From contig OX597818.1 of the NCBI GenBank assembly GCA_951406725.2, positions 125,798,001 to 125,862,000 of the forward strand: 64,000 bases of DNA, written 5' to 3'. Origin of the DNA: Octopus vulgaris. Lineage: Eukaryota. Shown one piece after another: positions 38,070 through 52,324 of this stretch. A program made the translations under genes and the position numbers. Positions within the stretch are counted from its first letter, which is position 1. Each line of letters opens with the position of its first letter. Below the pieces are notes generated by a model, which did no database searches, was not told the origin of the DNA, and saw only the letters and a list, made by a program, of their open reading frames with translations.

Positions 38070-38571
38070 CTGTGTCTGTGTCTGCAGGTGTATATATATA
38101 TCCAAATTTTACATCAAAACTAACGAGAGAACACAAAATGCCATCGTAAGTGAAGTAATTTATGCAAAAAAAAAACAACAACAATGTTTCTAGTTGGAAT
38201 TCTATGAGAACCGTTCTGGGTCTAATCAACAACAGCAATAAAAACAATAGCAACGATATTGGTACACCTTCGAGTCACCCACGCATCATCTTTTAATAAT
38301 GCCACTATTAGCAACACCACCACAAGCGAAACATCTAGAGAGAGACTATGTAAACCATTCTCCATGTTGGCTTTGCCATTCTTTACGAGGAGCGGGACGC
38401 CGGAGCTTTTTATATGGGTACTGCAGACAAACAGGGCATTAGTGGATGATAGATGCATGTTATAATTGCTTTAATCTTCAGAAATACTTTCAAATGTAAA
38501 CCCACTGATGGATTAATATGCCTGCCCAAATCAGGCATAGGCAGGATTAGCAAAGAAATAATACTGTATTT

Positions 38572-38822
38572 CGTTTTTGGATTTTGTTTGCAAGATTCTT
38601 TATATGAGTTCGTGTGTTGAAGCATATTCTGTTGTGTCTGGGGAGAGTCATTTTCTTTTTGTGCCTTATAATGTAACACACTCACCGGTAAAATTTTCAC
38701 TTATTTCTTATTTTTATTTTCCTAAAATTTTCGTTGAGTCTTGCAACCTTTTCAATAGTCTTGAGTGTGTTACATTATAAGGCACAAAAATAAGTGACTC
38801 TCCCCAGACACACAACAGAATA
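38572..38822. mobile_element. Penelope-like insertion with inverted partial repeat and flanking direct repeat
   Basis: Inverted arms of about 60 bp (38625-38684 / 38762-38822). AATAATACTGTATT occurs at 38558-38571 and 38819-38832. A diverged homolog lies at about 56595-56880 (+). Confidence 0.6.
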
Positions 38823-39582
38823 ATACTGTATTATCTACTCTAAAATCTAAAGTTAGATTTTATGGTCAGATACAATCGAAGTTACCGACTGGTTCAAAAA
38901 TTTGAAAGATGGGAAATATACTAAATTCAAACAGCTATTATATTGCTATAAATACTATTCGGCTAAATAAAGACCTCATATTTGCTATGAAAATATTCTA
39001 CATTATCTAAGCTCCTGCCAACGAATGCTGAGTGAGGAATTGCAAATGAAAAAAGTTGCAGCAACTTGTTGTTAGTGTTTTTAATCATTTATATCACCAT
39101 AATTCTGGCTGCAAGAAATAGTCTATGCAGGTAGTCTTTCAATGATGATCAACCTATCGGTAGTACTTTTATTTTTGTGGCGTATTAAATTCTGTTGAAT
39201 CGTAACACGGAAGCGTTGCGTTAAAATGGTGTTAGTAAAAGAAAGTAGGTGATAGTTTTGAGAAGCACTATTTTATATGGTTGTTTGATCTGCTAGTAAT
39301 GGTAACTGGATCTTCCTTAAATCCCTCTTTAATGATGCAAAAGGCATCATGTAGATAATGCAGTTCTACATGTCACTAACAAGACGAGTGGATTACATTT
39401 AATGATATGAATTGTTGATCATCCATGACATGAAGTTTTATACCATCACCACAAGCACCAGCATCAACACCACAACCAACAATAACAACAGCAACACCTT
39501 TTCTTCTACCACCACCACCACCACCACCACCATCATCATATGTATCCCTGTGTGCTATTAAATCAGTTACAGTGCAGCTATA

Positions 39583-39747
39583 CAGGGGCTTATTTGATCG
39601 ATTGTGCAGGGGGATATATAATACCTAAGTCCTCAGAATTTTCTGAGGTCTCATGCCGATATTAAAGACTAATGTTCATATACCAGGAGGGGGACACGAG
39701 AAGGATCCTTTCTGCCCCCACTGATAAAATTCCTTTCAGATGCCCTG
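39583..39747. mobile_element. 165-bp hAT-type MITE
   Basis: CAGGG(G)C ... GCCCTG termini and a perfect 8-bp TSD, CAGCTATA (39575-39582, 39748-39755). Confidence 0.85.
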
Positions 39748-39934
39748 CAGCTATAGAATATATCCACCGTGACAAATGACATCAACTGAGGTGATGACAT
39801 CATTTCGTTAGCAATCCATTCTCCTCCTTTCTTTTCTCAAATAATCTCTCTTTCTTCCGCTTTTCCTTCACTACAAACCGTCCCTTTTTCACCTTCTTAT
39901 TTCCAATATTTTGCAAATTCTTTTTCATTCTCTC

Positions 39935-40022
<88 letters not shown>

Positions 40023-40159
40023 TATATATAGAGACATGTATGTATATATAAGTGGCCCACTATATATTTTCTTAATTACTCTAATTTCTTTTCCATTTAC
40101 GAATGAACGAAAAAGATTTTAAAAACGTTTTTCATAGTTTTTGTCTGCGTGCGCGTATT

Positions 40160-40196
<37 letters not shown>

Positions 40197-40511
40197 AAGT
40201 GTGTGTGTGTGTGTGCATGTGTGTATGTGAGTGTGCACATGTGTATGTGTGTGCACGTATGCGTGTGTGTGCATGTGTGTTTGCGTATGCGTTTCCTTTT
40301 GTTTGTGTGTATGTGCGCACGCGCTTGTGTGTGCATGTGTGTGCGTGCGTGCGTGCGTGTGTGTATGTGAGGTTAAGAATCTCACTTTACGACCATGTGA
40401 TTTCGAGTTCAGTCCCACTGCGTGGCAACTTAGGCAAGTGTCCTCTACTGTAGTGCCGAGCCAACCAATATATTGTGATTAAATTTGGTATACGGAACCT
40501 GTACACATACA

Positions 40512-40575
<64 letters not shown>

Positions 40576-40589
40576 TGATATATGTATAC

Positions 40590-41100
40590 ACGTCTAAATT
40601 TGACTCTTTTCATGAAAGGAAAAAGAAATACAATAACCTAACCAAAAATAAATGAATTTTTAAAATATCAGAAACTGTCTATTAAATTATGGCTCAGTTA
40701 AGTTTTCTCAATGTAGCCGCCCTCAACTACCACTACAACCTCAGCACAGCACCAGAACCCGCTGTATGCATTCCTGACTGTGTCCTTGGGAAGATCTGCG
40801 AACAACTATTGATCTTGGCCATTAGCCCCGCCTTAGAGTTGCAAGCTGAGCGATTGTTTTTTCAATCGCGTGCTCCACACAGCAATCCACGGGATAACAA
40901 TAGTGGAAATTAGAAGGTCAGAAATCGGGGCTGGTGAAGTCTGACAACCACTTCTGACTCTTTCCGGAGATATGGCAAAGACTTGAATTTTGCTGCCACA
41001 CATATGGCTGTGCAGTAGCAGGTCACTCCAGCTAGGGCTTGACCAGTCTTCAGCAGCGTCACATAGCCGTTTGAATTGAGCCTAATTGAGTTGAAAAATG
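40590..41100 (-). mobile_element. DD37D/maT-like transposase 3' fragment
   Basis: Homologous to 18450-18760 and 60010-60680 (SACNSKAGLMAKI..FADLPKDTVRNA..). Confidence 0.7.
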
Positions 41101-41980
41101 GGCGGACGAAAATCCTAAACCAAATCCTAACCCTAACCCTAACCCACATGTATATCTATATATATACGACGGGATTTTTTCAGTTTCCGCCTACCAAATC
41201 CACACACAAGGTTTTGGTCGGCCGGAGGCTATTGTAGAAGACTTTATTGCTGAAGGTGCCACGCAGTAGGACCGAACCCGGAACCATGTGGTTGAGAAGG
41301 AAACTTCTTATCACACAGCCACGTCTGAACATTAGGTCTGACCTCTACGTCAGAATAAACAAAAGAGAAATGCAGGCAAGGCCAGGTACTGCAATTAGTA
41401 TTGATTTAAGTATCACTAGTTTTTACCCTCTCTTCTTCCATTCCTCCGTGTCACTCTGTCACTTTGTCTATCTGCATGTCTGTCATCGTTTCATTGTTTA
41501 TCTAATCATTCTTCATTCATTGCCCAGTCTATGGGAAATATTACACACAGGCATGATATGACGTTGTAAAGCTATTGTTTCCATCAACACAACATGTCTA
41601 GGAATATGTTGCACGAACAATGGCATTTCCCCGCGAAAAACCAGTCTAGACAGACATACAAATGTACGCATTGTTATTTGTGCGCATGCCTGTACATATT
41701 TCAACTATATGCCTGTATGTCTATACACGTGTATATGTATACGTATATCTTTATGTGCGCCTTTAGTCGTGCATATACGTGTAGTGTACTGATAATCTTG
41801 TTTATCGTACACATGCAATAGGGAATAATTTTCGTGCGCGTGCATATGCGTAGCGTTTTGAGAACCAGAGGTGAGGGTGATTTTTAAGTGTGGCAGCCAG
41901 TGATTTGATTTTCTATTTTTATGTGTATTGGAATGTTTTGAGTTATCACTTTACCAACGTTTGTGCTTTAGAGATGGTAT

Positions 41981-42013
<33 letters not shown>

Positions 42014-42119
42014 AGAGAAAGAGACAGTGTGACTGTGTATGTGTGTGTGAGGAGAAGGGAGGACCTATGTGAGAAAGTATATACGCGCGCGCTTTACTTA
42101 ACGTATACATACATATACA

Positions 42120-42413
42120 CTAGTAGAAAGACCGCCCCCCGGGCGGTTTTCTGATAACCACTCCATAATATTGCCACATTTGATCCCCAAGTCTAATAAT
42201 TTTCATGATATTTTATTATCATAATTATTTCTTTGTATGATAGTGCTCAATTGCTTAGTAAATACTGCTTTCATTATTTTATCACAGCCATAATCTCTCT
42301 TTTTTAGAGTCAATCTGTTATATATATTTATCATTAATAATTGGTAGAACTTACATTAATAATTGGTAGAACTTGCATAGGTGTGCATAGATGGATGGAT
42401 GGATGGACACACA

Positions 42414-42453
<40 letters not shown>

Positions 42454-43535
42454 TCTGGTGCTGTGAGGACGCATCTGAATGGCGTTTCCTTACTTTTTCA
42501 AATATACCCAAATTTAAAATGATCTAATATAACGATATCATTCATTCAGCATGTGTCAAAACAATTTAATTCCACACAAATATATGTTACTTTACATATA
42601 ATTTATGTGTTAATTCTATTTACTGAAACTTGCTAAAAAAAGCATATTTTGCTGTAATGTAGTATCTCCTTGTAGACACAATTTTCGGTAATCATACTGT
42701 TTCCATCTCTCTCAGGCAATATTTTTACATTAGGCTTCTTTCGAACTCTAGATAATGCAACATACAGCTGACCATGTGAGAAGAATTGTGTCGGAAGATA
42801 TATTCCAATTTGGTCCAAAGTCTGTCCTTGTGCCTTGTTGCACGTTGAGGCAGAAGCTCGCTTGACAGGAAATTGTTTGCGTATAAACGTGAATGGAAAT
42901 TTCATTTCTTAAGACACATGTGATATTCTTGGGACTTGCAGAGTTGATCCTGCATAAGGACCAGAAGCAACCTCAGCCTCAATTACATGATCATGTAAAC
43001 TAACAATGATGTAGCGTGTGCTGTTACAATGTCCATTAGAAGCATCTAAATTTCTCAGAAGCATTATGCATTATTTTTTCTTCAGTTTGAGAATATGTGG
43101 TGGAAACCCTGATGTGTACAGAGTTTCATTATCAACTGTATCTTAGCTTCTGTATATTTTTCTTAGCTTACCAGGGTTCCCGGTGAACAGAAAATCATTC
43201 ACAAATTGTGCTGTTTCATTTGTTGGAGTAACAATGGTTCTACTTGCAAGCCACACAGGGTTTGTGAAGTTATTTTTGAAGTCAGCACATGACATAGATC
43301 TGAAAGAGTACCACTTTCAAAGCAAAGGTCACTGGGTACTTTGAGTTTGAATTCACCTAGGCTTTGTTCAACAGAAATGTTACCATTTCCTACATCAAGA
43401 AGGTACTCAGCAAACTCTCTTTCATCAGAATTACCTTTTGTAAGAAGTCTTAGATTGGCTGTCCACTTCATTACTTCTACATGATCGCAAAGAAAAGGTC
43501 CCTTTAGTGTTGCATCAACAATTTGTGATCCGAAA
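42120..43535 (-). mobile_element. 5'-truncated Helitron with Pif1-family helicase C-terminus (pseudogene)
   Basis: REFAEYLLDVGNG, SGFPPHILKLK, LRNLDASNGHCN, RKQFPVK..NKAQGQTLDQIGIYL..FSHGQLYVALSRV. The 3' hairpin ACCGCCC-ccc-GGGCGGT (42131-42147) and CTAG|T terminus at 42120 are present. Confidence 0.92.
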
Positions 43536-43699
43536 CGATTATTTTGAAGTAGAATATTCTCCTCTAGCGATACCATAACCAGTCGGTCACGTGTAGCGGA
43601 AACAGAATCATGTCTACATCTCCGTGCATATTCAAACATGTTTCAGTTGCTTTGCCCTTGTTTCATCTGATTCAGTTGCCCGTCTTTCTCTCTGCCACA

Positions 43700-44640
43700 A
43701 GGCGAGCAAGTTTGAGAGGATGAAGACCCCACTGCTAAACTGGTACTTATCTTATCCATCATGAAACGTTGAAAAACTAAGTCGACATCTGCAAAATGTG
43801 AACTCAGACCCGAAAGAGAGACTGCGAAGCATTTCAATCGGTGCGCTAACGATTCTGTCAGCTCGCCGCCTTAACAACAATATTATGGCTTCCAGTTTTG
43901 GCACAGAGTCAATCGGCCTCAGTACTTTCATCAACCTTGAAAGGACGAACGGCAAAGTCGACCTCGGCGGAATGTGAGCGCAGAACACAAAGACAGAGAC
44001 GAAATGTCACTAAGTATTTTGTCCGGGGGCATGTCAGCTCGCCGCCTTAACAACAATAATAATATTTTCTTTATTACTCTCGGCACAAGGACCGAAATTT
44101 GGAGGGAATGGGGGCCAGTCGATCAGATCGACCCCAGTACGCACTAGTACTTAATTTCTCGATCCCGAAAAGATGAAAGGCAAAGTCGACCTCGGTGGAA
44201 TTTGAACTCAGACGTAAAGACAGACGAAATACTGCTAAGCATTTTACCCGAGTGCTAACGTTTCTGCCAGCTCGCCAATAATCTCTTTCTACAATAGGCA
44301 CGAGGTTTCAAATTTTGAGGGGAGTAGGTAGTCGATTACATCGACCCTAGTTCTTATTTTATCGACCTCGAAAGGATGGAAGGCAAAATCCCCCTCGGCT
44401 GAATTAGAACTCAGAACGTAAAGACAGGCGCAACGCCATAAATCATTTTGTCCTGCGTGCTAACGGTTCTGCCAGCTCACCTTCTTAACAACAACAATAA
44501 CTGCCACAAACTAGCAATTTAAGGAGAGGAGCCAGTCGATACCATTGGCCTAGTATTTGACTGACACTTTATTTTATCGACCACGAAACTGAAAAGAAAA
44601 ATTCATTTGATGGGATTTGAACTCAGAACTTAAAGATCCA
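43700..44640 (-). mobile_element. Co-oriented cluster of about 5 Meta/MESC-like SINE copies
   Basis: Heads GCTCGCC/GCTCACC at about 43865, 44040, 44272 and 44478, three of them followed by TTAACAACAA spacers. Confidence 0.85.
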
Positions 44641-45270
44641 GAAGAAATACCAAAAAATGTTGTCGCAATCTTTTCTCGCATAAAAATTCCATTCGTTTCC
44701 GTGTTAATTTTTTTCGTGTTTGTATGGTTAAAAAATATACAGCATTTCGACAACACAGTCAGCAGATATGGAAAATGTAGATATCCGGTCATAGACAATT
44801 TACTTATGCTAAATTTAGAACAAAATTGTATCTTTATTTCTTTCTCCCTCTTTTACTTCTCCCCTTACAAACGCACTCTCGAATACAGAGGAGTCCACGC
44901 ATACATACTTATATCATAAGTCATAAGTAAATGTGCGGAAACTTTGGTTAAAAAGCAAGGTGTAGAAACGATCAAAAGGGTGTGTAGGGGTCCATCGGGC
45001 CATCTACAAAAAACAGTAACCTGTTAGAAACGAGGAAGTTGAATTGGTGTGGCTTGTAGGGTGCCGACTGTTATTGTTATTGCGTGGAACATGTAACCAT
45101 GTGACCTCTTATATGTAGAACGCATTAAGGAAATTGAGAGAAACTAATACAATATGTGTGTACGTGAGGTTCTATGTGTATATCCATACATACAGATATA
45201 CGTAGGTACATACATACATACGTGTGTGCATATATATATACACACATACGTATATGTATATGAATAACTA

Positions 45271-45350
<80 letters not shown>

Positions 45351-45357
45351 CACCTAA

Positions 45358-45445
<88 letters not shown>

Positions 45446-45789
45446 ATATCTATCTATCTTTATGTGTGGTGCGTATACTTTCGAGAAGAGTCTGTATTCG
45501 TTCCGGCCAAAGAAACAGCTTGATGTAATAAGAATCAGGTTGGAACGATGTAGTTATTTTCATGTTTCTTCTCTACATTTCTTAACTTTCTCTTTTCTTT
45601 ATCTTTGACTTTTGGAGACGAAGCAGCAAGAGGAGGGCATTACTTCGTTTGATTTATATATTTATAAATATGTACACTCTGCTTTAGAAAGGGTAAAAAT
45701 CAGCCAAATGCGTTTTATGTCAAATAGTCACAGCTGCGTATGTAAAGCAAGAACTGAGTAAAATATAAAAACGATAAGAAATAATGGTT

Positions 45790-46061
45790 TCAAATTTTGA
45801 CACAGGGCCGGAAATTTTGGGTGAGTGAGTAAGCCAGTGATATCGACCTCAGAATTCAAATGGTAGTTATTTTACAGACCCCAGAAAGGATGAAAGGTAA
45901 AGGTGGACAGCGGCGGAATTTGAACTCAGAATGAAAAGACGGTCGAAACGTCGTTAAGCCTGTTGCCCGACGCGCTAACGATTCTGCCAGCTCACCGCCT
46001 TAATAATGATGATGATGATGATGATGATGATGATGGTGATGAAAATAATGATAATAATAAT

Positions 46062-46113
<52 letters not shown>

Positions 46114-46285
46114 CATAATCTACTCGAGGTACAATGCCAGAATTTTGGGGACCCAAGCATTCAACTAGTGGTTATTTTACCGACTCCGAATGGAAGAAAA
46201 GTAGACCGCGGCGAAATTTGAACTCAAAATGTAATGTCGCGAAGCATGTTTCTCGGCGTGCTAACAATTCTGCTAGCTCACCAAC
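45790..46285 (-). mobile_element. Two Meta/MESC-like SINEs separated by (GAT)n/(TAA)n
   Basis: Heads at about 46000 and 46282, each with a central domain. Confidence 0.8.
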
Positions 46286-46885
46286 GAAATGAACAAATAA
46301 AGCATCGAAAGAAAGGCAGAATTAATTGATTAATACGAAGAAAGTAATAGAAAAATGGATGTTAACGTATTTGATGTAAGCTAAAAAGACGTGAAAAGTA
46401 TTAAGTTACATTTTATTTGAATGTTAGAAAAAATTGTTTTAACTTACTGAATAATTCTGGTCAAAAAATTAATTAAATGTGAAATGCGAAGGAAAGTGAG
46501 TCTGATTGCATGCACTCCGGTGAGATTCCCTACATGTTCTCTGCATGTTCCGGCTTTCTTAGGGTTCTTCAGCGAAGCATAGTGTAGCCATTTCTGCAGA
46601 TCTTAGGTTACTGGAAAAAAGTCGGAAAGCGTTTTTGATGAGAACTGTTATTACCCAAAATATACTCAGAGCCCCTGAAGCATGTAAACACGCACACACA
46701 CACATACATGTATGTATATATATGTATATATATGTATATATGTTTGTATGCGTGCTAGTATGTGTTTGTATTTTATGTGTACCTATATAATTCATATGGT
46801 ATTAAAGCAGGATTAATGCCGATTATGATGGAAATCTTCCTTTCTGATTAGGTGATACTTGTAGGTCGATAATATAATCAAATGG

Positions 46886-46934
<49 letters not shown>

Positions 46935-47476
46935 CCGATGTATTGCATGTGGATAAACGTAACTCTAAGATTCTGTCATTCTTTTTTCAACGAACGAGTT
47001 GTCTGCTTACGATTTGAATCAATACTTTGACCCGGACTAAAGGTAATATAAACATATCCATTTTGTATGATTTAGTTGAAATTTTTCCCTTTCATCAATT
47101 TTCTTTTTTATCTGAACGTAATTTTCAGAGTTCTAAATTATTTTAGTATTTTTCAATTTCATATTTGGTACTCTCGCTGAAAACTACCTGAAAACTAGAT
47201 ATGTTGAAATATCCATAAATTATTCCCACATATATGCGTTTGTATTCATGTCTCTGTGTGTATCTTCACGAACGTATTTATTTATTTGTACTTGTATTCA
47301 GGTGTATGTGCATATGAACCTCTGAGTATGTGTAATTTCATTGCATTGAAATAAAGGTAGTTAGGTTAAATTTTGAAAGCCTATCTATTTATTCTATTTT
47401 ATCTGCGGGTTCTCTTAGAGATTGTTTCTGCTTCTTGTAGAAGGACCTATCCGAGTAGTGTGTGTGTTGTATGCGT

Positions 47477-47568
<92 letters not shown>

Positions 47569-47922
47569 TGGGATATTTATTTTATGTAGTTCTTGGTTTA
47601 GAAGGCACACCCGTTAACTTTTGTCATAGTTATTTTTGCCAATGTTATCTGTTTTATTTCTGTTAGTATTACCATTATAATGCCTCTTGAGTCGGTGAGC
47701 TGGCAAAAGCGTCAAAACGTTGGACGAAATGCTAAGCAGCATTTCGTCTGTCCCTTTAATTTCGATATTTGAAATCCCATCGAGGTCAACTTTGTTTTTT
47801 GCTCCTTTCGGAAGCCCAATAAAAGAAAAGTATCTATAAGTACTGGGTTTGATGTTATATCTAACCCACTAATCTCAAAATTGATTCCTTTATGCTTAAA
47901 CCTTAAACAATTATTACAACAG

Positions 47923-47978
47923 ATCCTTGGATACTAATTAGTGTTGGTCTTACTCAGGCAGCAGTCACGTTTGGTCAG
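47923..47978 (+). CDS. Candidate internal coding exon (xPWILISVGLTQAAVTFGQ)
   Basis: ACAACAG acceptor, CAG|GTAAAT donor and an open hydrophobic frame. It ends in phase 0, compatible with 52325. Confidence 0.4.
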
Positions 47979-48594
47979 GTAAATGTATGTTCGAAGAACT
48001 TTCATTCGTGACCATTCCACATTTCTTTTCACTCAATCTGCCAAAGGTCTACATTATCTAAAACATTCTTTTAAAATACAAAAAAGCTGTTGATAATTGA
48101 GAGATGTGACTGATATTTCTAGTCGGATCGTTCGCTCAGTACTGTTATTTTTATATTTGTTCGGCCATAGGTAATCCTTGATCGTTCGAACTTATTATCA
48201 AAGCCATTGCAGCTGCAATCATTTGCCCTTTACTCTATATGAAGAGCGCACAGGACCACATTATCCAACAGGTCTTTTTTAAAAGAGGAGGTTATGACTT
48301 AAGGGAGGTTAGTTGCTGCGTTTTTAGCAAGCAAAAGCTCCCTCCCATGCTAACATGGGTGCTTATGTTGTACCTATGTGTGGTTGGCTCGACTTACCAC
48401 TCCGTTTAGCACCACCACCTGACCCTTGAGTGCCGTCATTTTGAGGAAAATTACTCCAGTGATACTCATCTCAAAGGGAAATATGAAGAAAGTTAACCTA
48501 AGTAGCAAAGTAAAATGTCGGAGTAGTTTATCGCAGGTGGTTAACATGATCAACGTATTGTAGTGCATACGAAAATGATGTAGAAAGATACTCT

Positions 48595-48942
48595 TTTACT
48601 CTTTTACTTGTTTCAGTCATTTGACTGTGGCCATGTTAGAGCACCGCCTTTAGTCGAGCAAATAGACCCCAGGACTTATTCTTTTGCTGAACCGCTAAAC
48701 ACACCAGCATCGGCTGTCAAGCGACGTTGCCGGGACAAACACAGACACACAAACACACACACATATATACATATACATATATACGACGGGCTTCTTTCAG
48801 CTTTCGTCTACCAAATCCACTCACAAGGCTTTGGTTGGCCCGAGGCTATAGTAGAAGACACTTGCCTAAGGTGCCACGCAGTGGGACTGAACCCGAAACA
48901 ATGTGGTTGGTAAGCAAGCTACTTACCACACAGCCACTCCTG
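48595..48942 (-). mobile_element. Complete composite CORE-type SINE
   Basis: Same architecture as 1785-2206 with a shorter internal microsatellite. Confidence 0.9.
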
Positions 48943-50482
48943 CACTCGAGTATCAATTTGCTTTAAACACAAAGGCCAGGTATTCGGTGCGATTTTCGCT
49001 CACATAACTCCTTTCAGACACTTTAGAAGGCCCGCAAAGACCATTGACTATCCTTTTATTCCGTGATTAACGTTTAAAGAACTACACCATATGTTTGATA
49101 CTTCCTCCAGTAATAAGAGAGCCTTTAAGTGATTGCTCCACCTACGGTCTTGCTAAATATAGCAATTATATCTTCCTCAAATCCAAACCTACTACTTTTA
49201 AATAAATGTTACGCTAGATAATGTAGTACCTGATATTTAAAAAACAAAAACGAATGGTCGTGACTAGAATGATTTCGATTATAGTGCGTGACAACTCCTT
49301 CGCCTCTTTTGAGTAATCAGAGTTCCCAAGTTATGAGAAACACTTTCTTATAGTACCATCTATGTAAATTCCCATTGTTCTATGTAACTTCCTCTGTTAA
49401 GTTACATGATTTTTCTATTGTATCCACTTCATAGCGTCTCAGAATTCCTCAGTGAATATATATAGTGATATCCCTCCGTGAAAATATCTAGCTATTAAAT
49501 TCTAGATGTACATACACTCTTGTATATGTGGGATTTTCTCTAATTACACACTCCCTGGTACTCGTATATTCCATGGGTTTCAAATATCCTTAATACCACA
49601 TATATTCTTCTGTTGCTTTGATATTTTTGTCTACTATTGACTTTTTGTATATACGCACATTTCTTTTCTCTCCTAAATTCCGTTCTTATGTCTTTGTGAA
49701 CATTTGAACTGCATAGAATAGTGATTCCATATGGTTGCTTAATCTAGCAAACACCTTCTATTCATCCATATATAATAGATGGCTTGCTTTGCCGCCTTTC
49801 ATTTTGTTACCACATGTTTACTCTACTTTTTGGAATTGTTGTCGGAAGAAAATGCTTATTTGCTTGAATTTTCACAATACACATACGAAACTTTATGTAT
49901 CTTTCAACATTATTTTCGTAAATACTACAATATGTTGATCCTGTTGACCACCTGCAATAAACTACATCGACATTTTACTTAGCCACTTAGGTTAACTTTC
50001 TTTATATTTCCCATTGAGATGAGTATCATCTGGAGTCATTTTCCTCAAGTATAAAGTTTTATTTATTTATTTATTTTTCGTATGAGTCCCACTTGCTGTT
50101 ACAAGCATCACATCCATCATCATGGATACTTGTTAACACTATCATTGTTACAAATTCTTCCGTTGTATATGTTAATCCTTTCATCCGTCAGAAGGCGACT
50201 ACTACACAAGCACTAAATGAGATTAAATTCACCACTAATATTTTTAGCAATTTTGGTCATGCTAGACAATTTTGTTTTTGCTTTAGTCTCGCTATCTGTG
50301 TCGATTTGTATGTTCAAAAGTTTATTCATTTGGCACAAGACGAAAAGGTTTAGAGAAATGTGTAAGGGGATTCAATCGATACCAGTGCTCGACTGGTACT
50401 AATTTTATTGACCCCGAAAGGATGAATCAGCGGACGGTAAGTGTATTATCCGATGCGCTAACGACTCTTCTAGCTAGCCATC

Positions 50483-50519
<37 letters not shown>

Positions 50520-50539
50520 TGATGATGATGATGATGATA

Positions 50540-50661
<122 letters not shown>

Positions 50662-51234
50662 CCTTTCTAGGCCTGACATTTCGGGGAAGAGAATTAGTCG
50701 ATTACATCGAGCCCAGTGTTTCACTGGTACTTAACTTATTGTCCCTGAAAGGATGAAAGGCAAAGTTGACCTCGGCGGAATTTGAACTCAGAACGTAACG
50801 GCAGACGAAATACCGCTAAGCATTTAGCCCGGTATGCCCAGGATAGATACTTGCATGGAGACAAAAGAGTACAAAGTAAAAAAAAAAAGAAGAAAGAAAG
50901 AAAGAAAAACGGAAATGGTATAAAGATTTTTACGGACAGTTTGCAAGACAGGTGAACATAAATACAGATGCCGATGGATAGAGGCACTGTCTGTGGAGTG
51001 ACTTGAAGCTAAAGACGGAAGTGTTTATGTGTACTACGCAAGAAGACGCACTCAGGACAAATTATGTCAAATGCAGGATGAACGTCACAGAGGAAAGAAA
51101 CAAGAGCAGGTTTTGCTGTGATAAAGGTGAGATTGAAAGGCATATTGTGAATGAATGCAAGAAACTGAAACAAAACAAATGAAAACAAAAAAAAGGGAGA
51201 CACGATATTGTAGCAAGAACGAATCATTGAGTGT

Positions 51235-51720
51235 TGTGTGGTAAGTATGGAGTGGATAGAACAAAGATGTGAAATGGACAAATCTCTGGAGTAATCAAGA
51301 TTGATAAAGTAAAGATACAGTGAGATATACTGCTCCGCTGTGATCATGAAGTTGAAAATTGAAAGCCAGATATAGTGGTTGTGAATAATGAGATAAAAAA
51401 AAATGTTTAATTATATCGGAAAGAAAAAGTAAGCAGGTCATATATGATGATGTGAAGTGGGAGATAAGAAAAACTGGGTCACTGAAGAAGCTGAGCATCG
51501 CACGTGTTGAACAAGTCTTGGGAACTATAAGTTCCAAGATCACAAATTGGACTGAAAAGATAGAAGTAAATGCGAACTTTGGGCCTCTAAAGGAAACCGC
51601 ACAAATATTCTGCACAGTTCTCGAAATCTGAACAGTGTTATCTTGGTCCACTGGTTGTGGACAGCTTCCTACTTGTTACATCTCCCAGCAAAGGTACTGT
51701 GTTAAACAAGAATAATAATA
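51235..51720 (+). mobile_element. Decayed R4/Dong-like LINE 3' end
   Basis: CDHEVEN*KPDIVVVN..CLII (PD motif), VEQVLGTISSKI..W, terminal AATAATAATA. Confidence 0.7.
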
Positions 51721-52324
51721 GCACGACCATTACGCACAGCAAATTCATTATGATTTTTGGTTTGAACATTTTTCTGAGTTGTTACAAGTAATGATTTCTG
51801 ATTTTTTTATGAGATCATTCATTTTACTTAGCAATAGTATATTTTTAACGGAACAGAACGGAACAGCCTGCTCGTGAAATTAACGTGTAAGCAAGTGGCT
51901 GAGCACTCTACAGACATGTGTACTTTTAACGTAGCTCTCAGGGAGATTCAGCATAACTCAGAAAGTGACAAGAATGGCCTTTTGAAATACAAATACTAAT
52001 CATTTTTGGTAACTGAGTGGAGCGGAGCAACGTGAAATAAAGTGCCTTGCCGAAGGACACAGCGCGCCACCGGGAATCGAACTCACAACCTTACGATCTT
52101 GAGCCGAATACCTTTACCTCTACACCGCGCGTCTTCACTGATAACATATTATTAGGAGCAAAATTAACCGACGAAGCAAGGAAAAACCAAGTCGACAAGG
52201 GATAGACTCTTAACCAAGAATAATTTCTAACATTCTCTATCGCCATAGGCGGTTGTGTTAATAATACATACTGCTTTCTTTCTCCTGACTTTTTAAACAT
52301 TTCCTGACTTTCTAAACATTTCAG

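Noticed and set aside
42633-43639. Host PIF1 helicase gene
   Set aside because: It is intronless, has stops and frameshifts, and is followed by a Helitron hairpin-CTAG terminus.
49428-49456. Hammerhead-like ttca-CTGAGGA-attct-GAGA-cgc-TA-tgaa on the minus strand
   Set aside because: GAAA is mutated, and there is no stem II or stem III. At best it is a dead relic.
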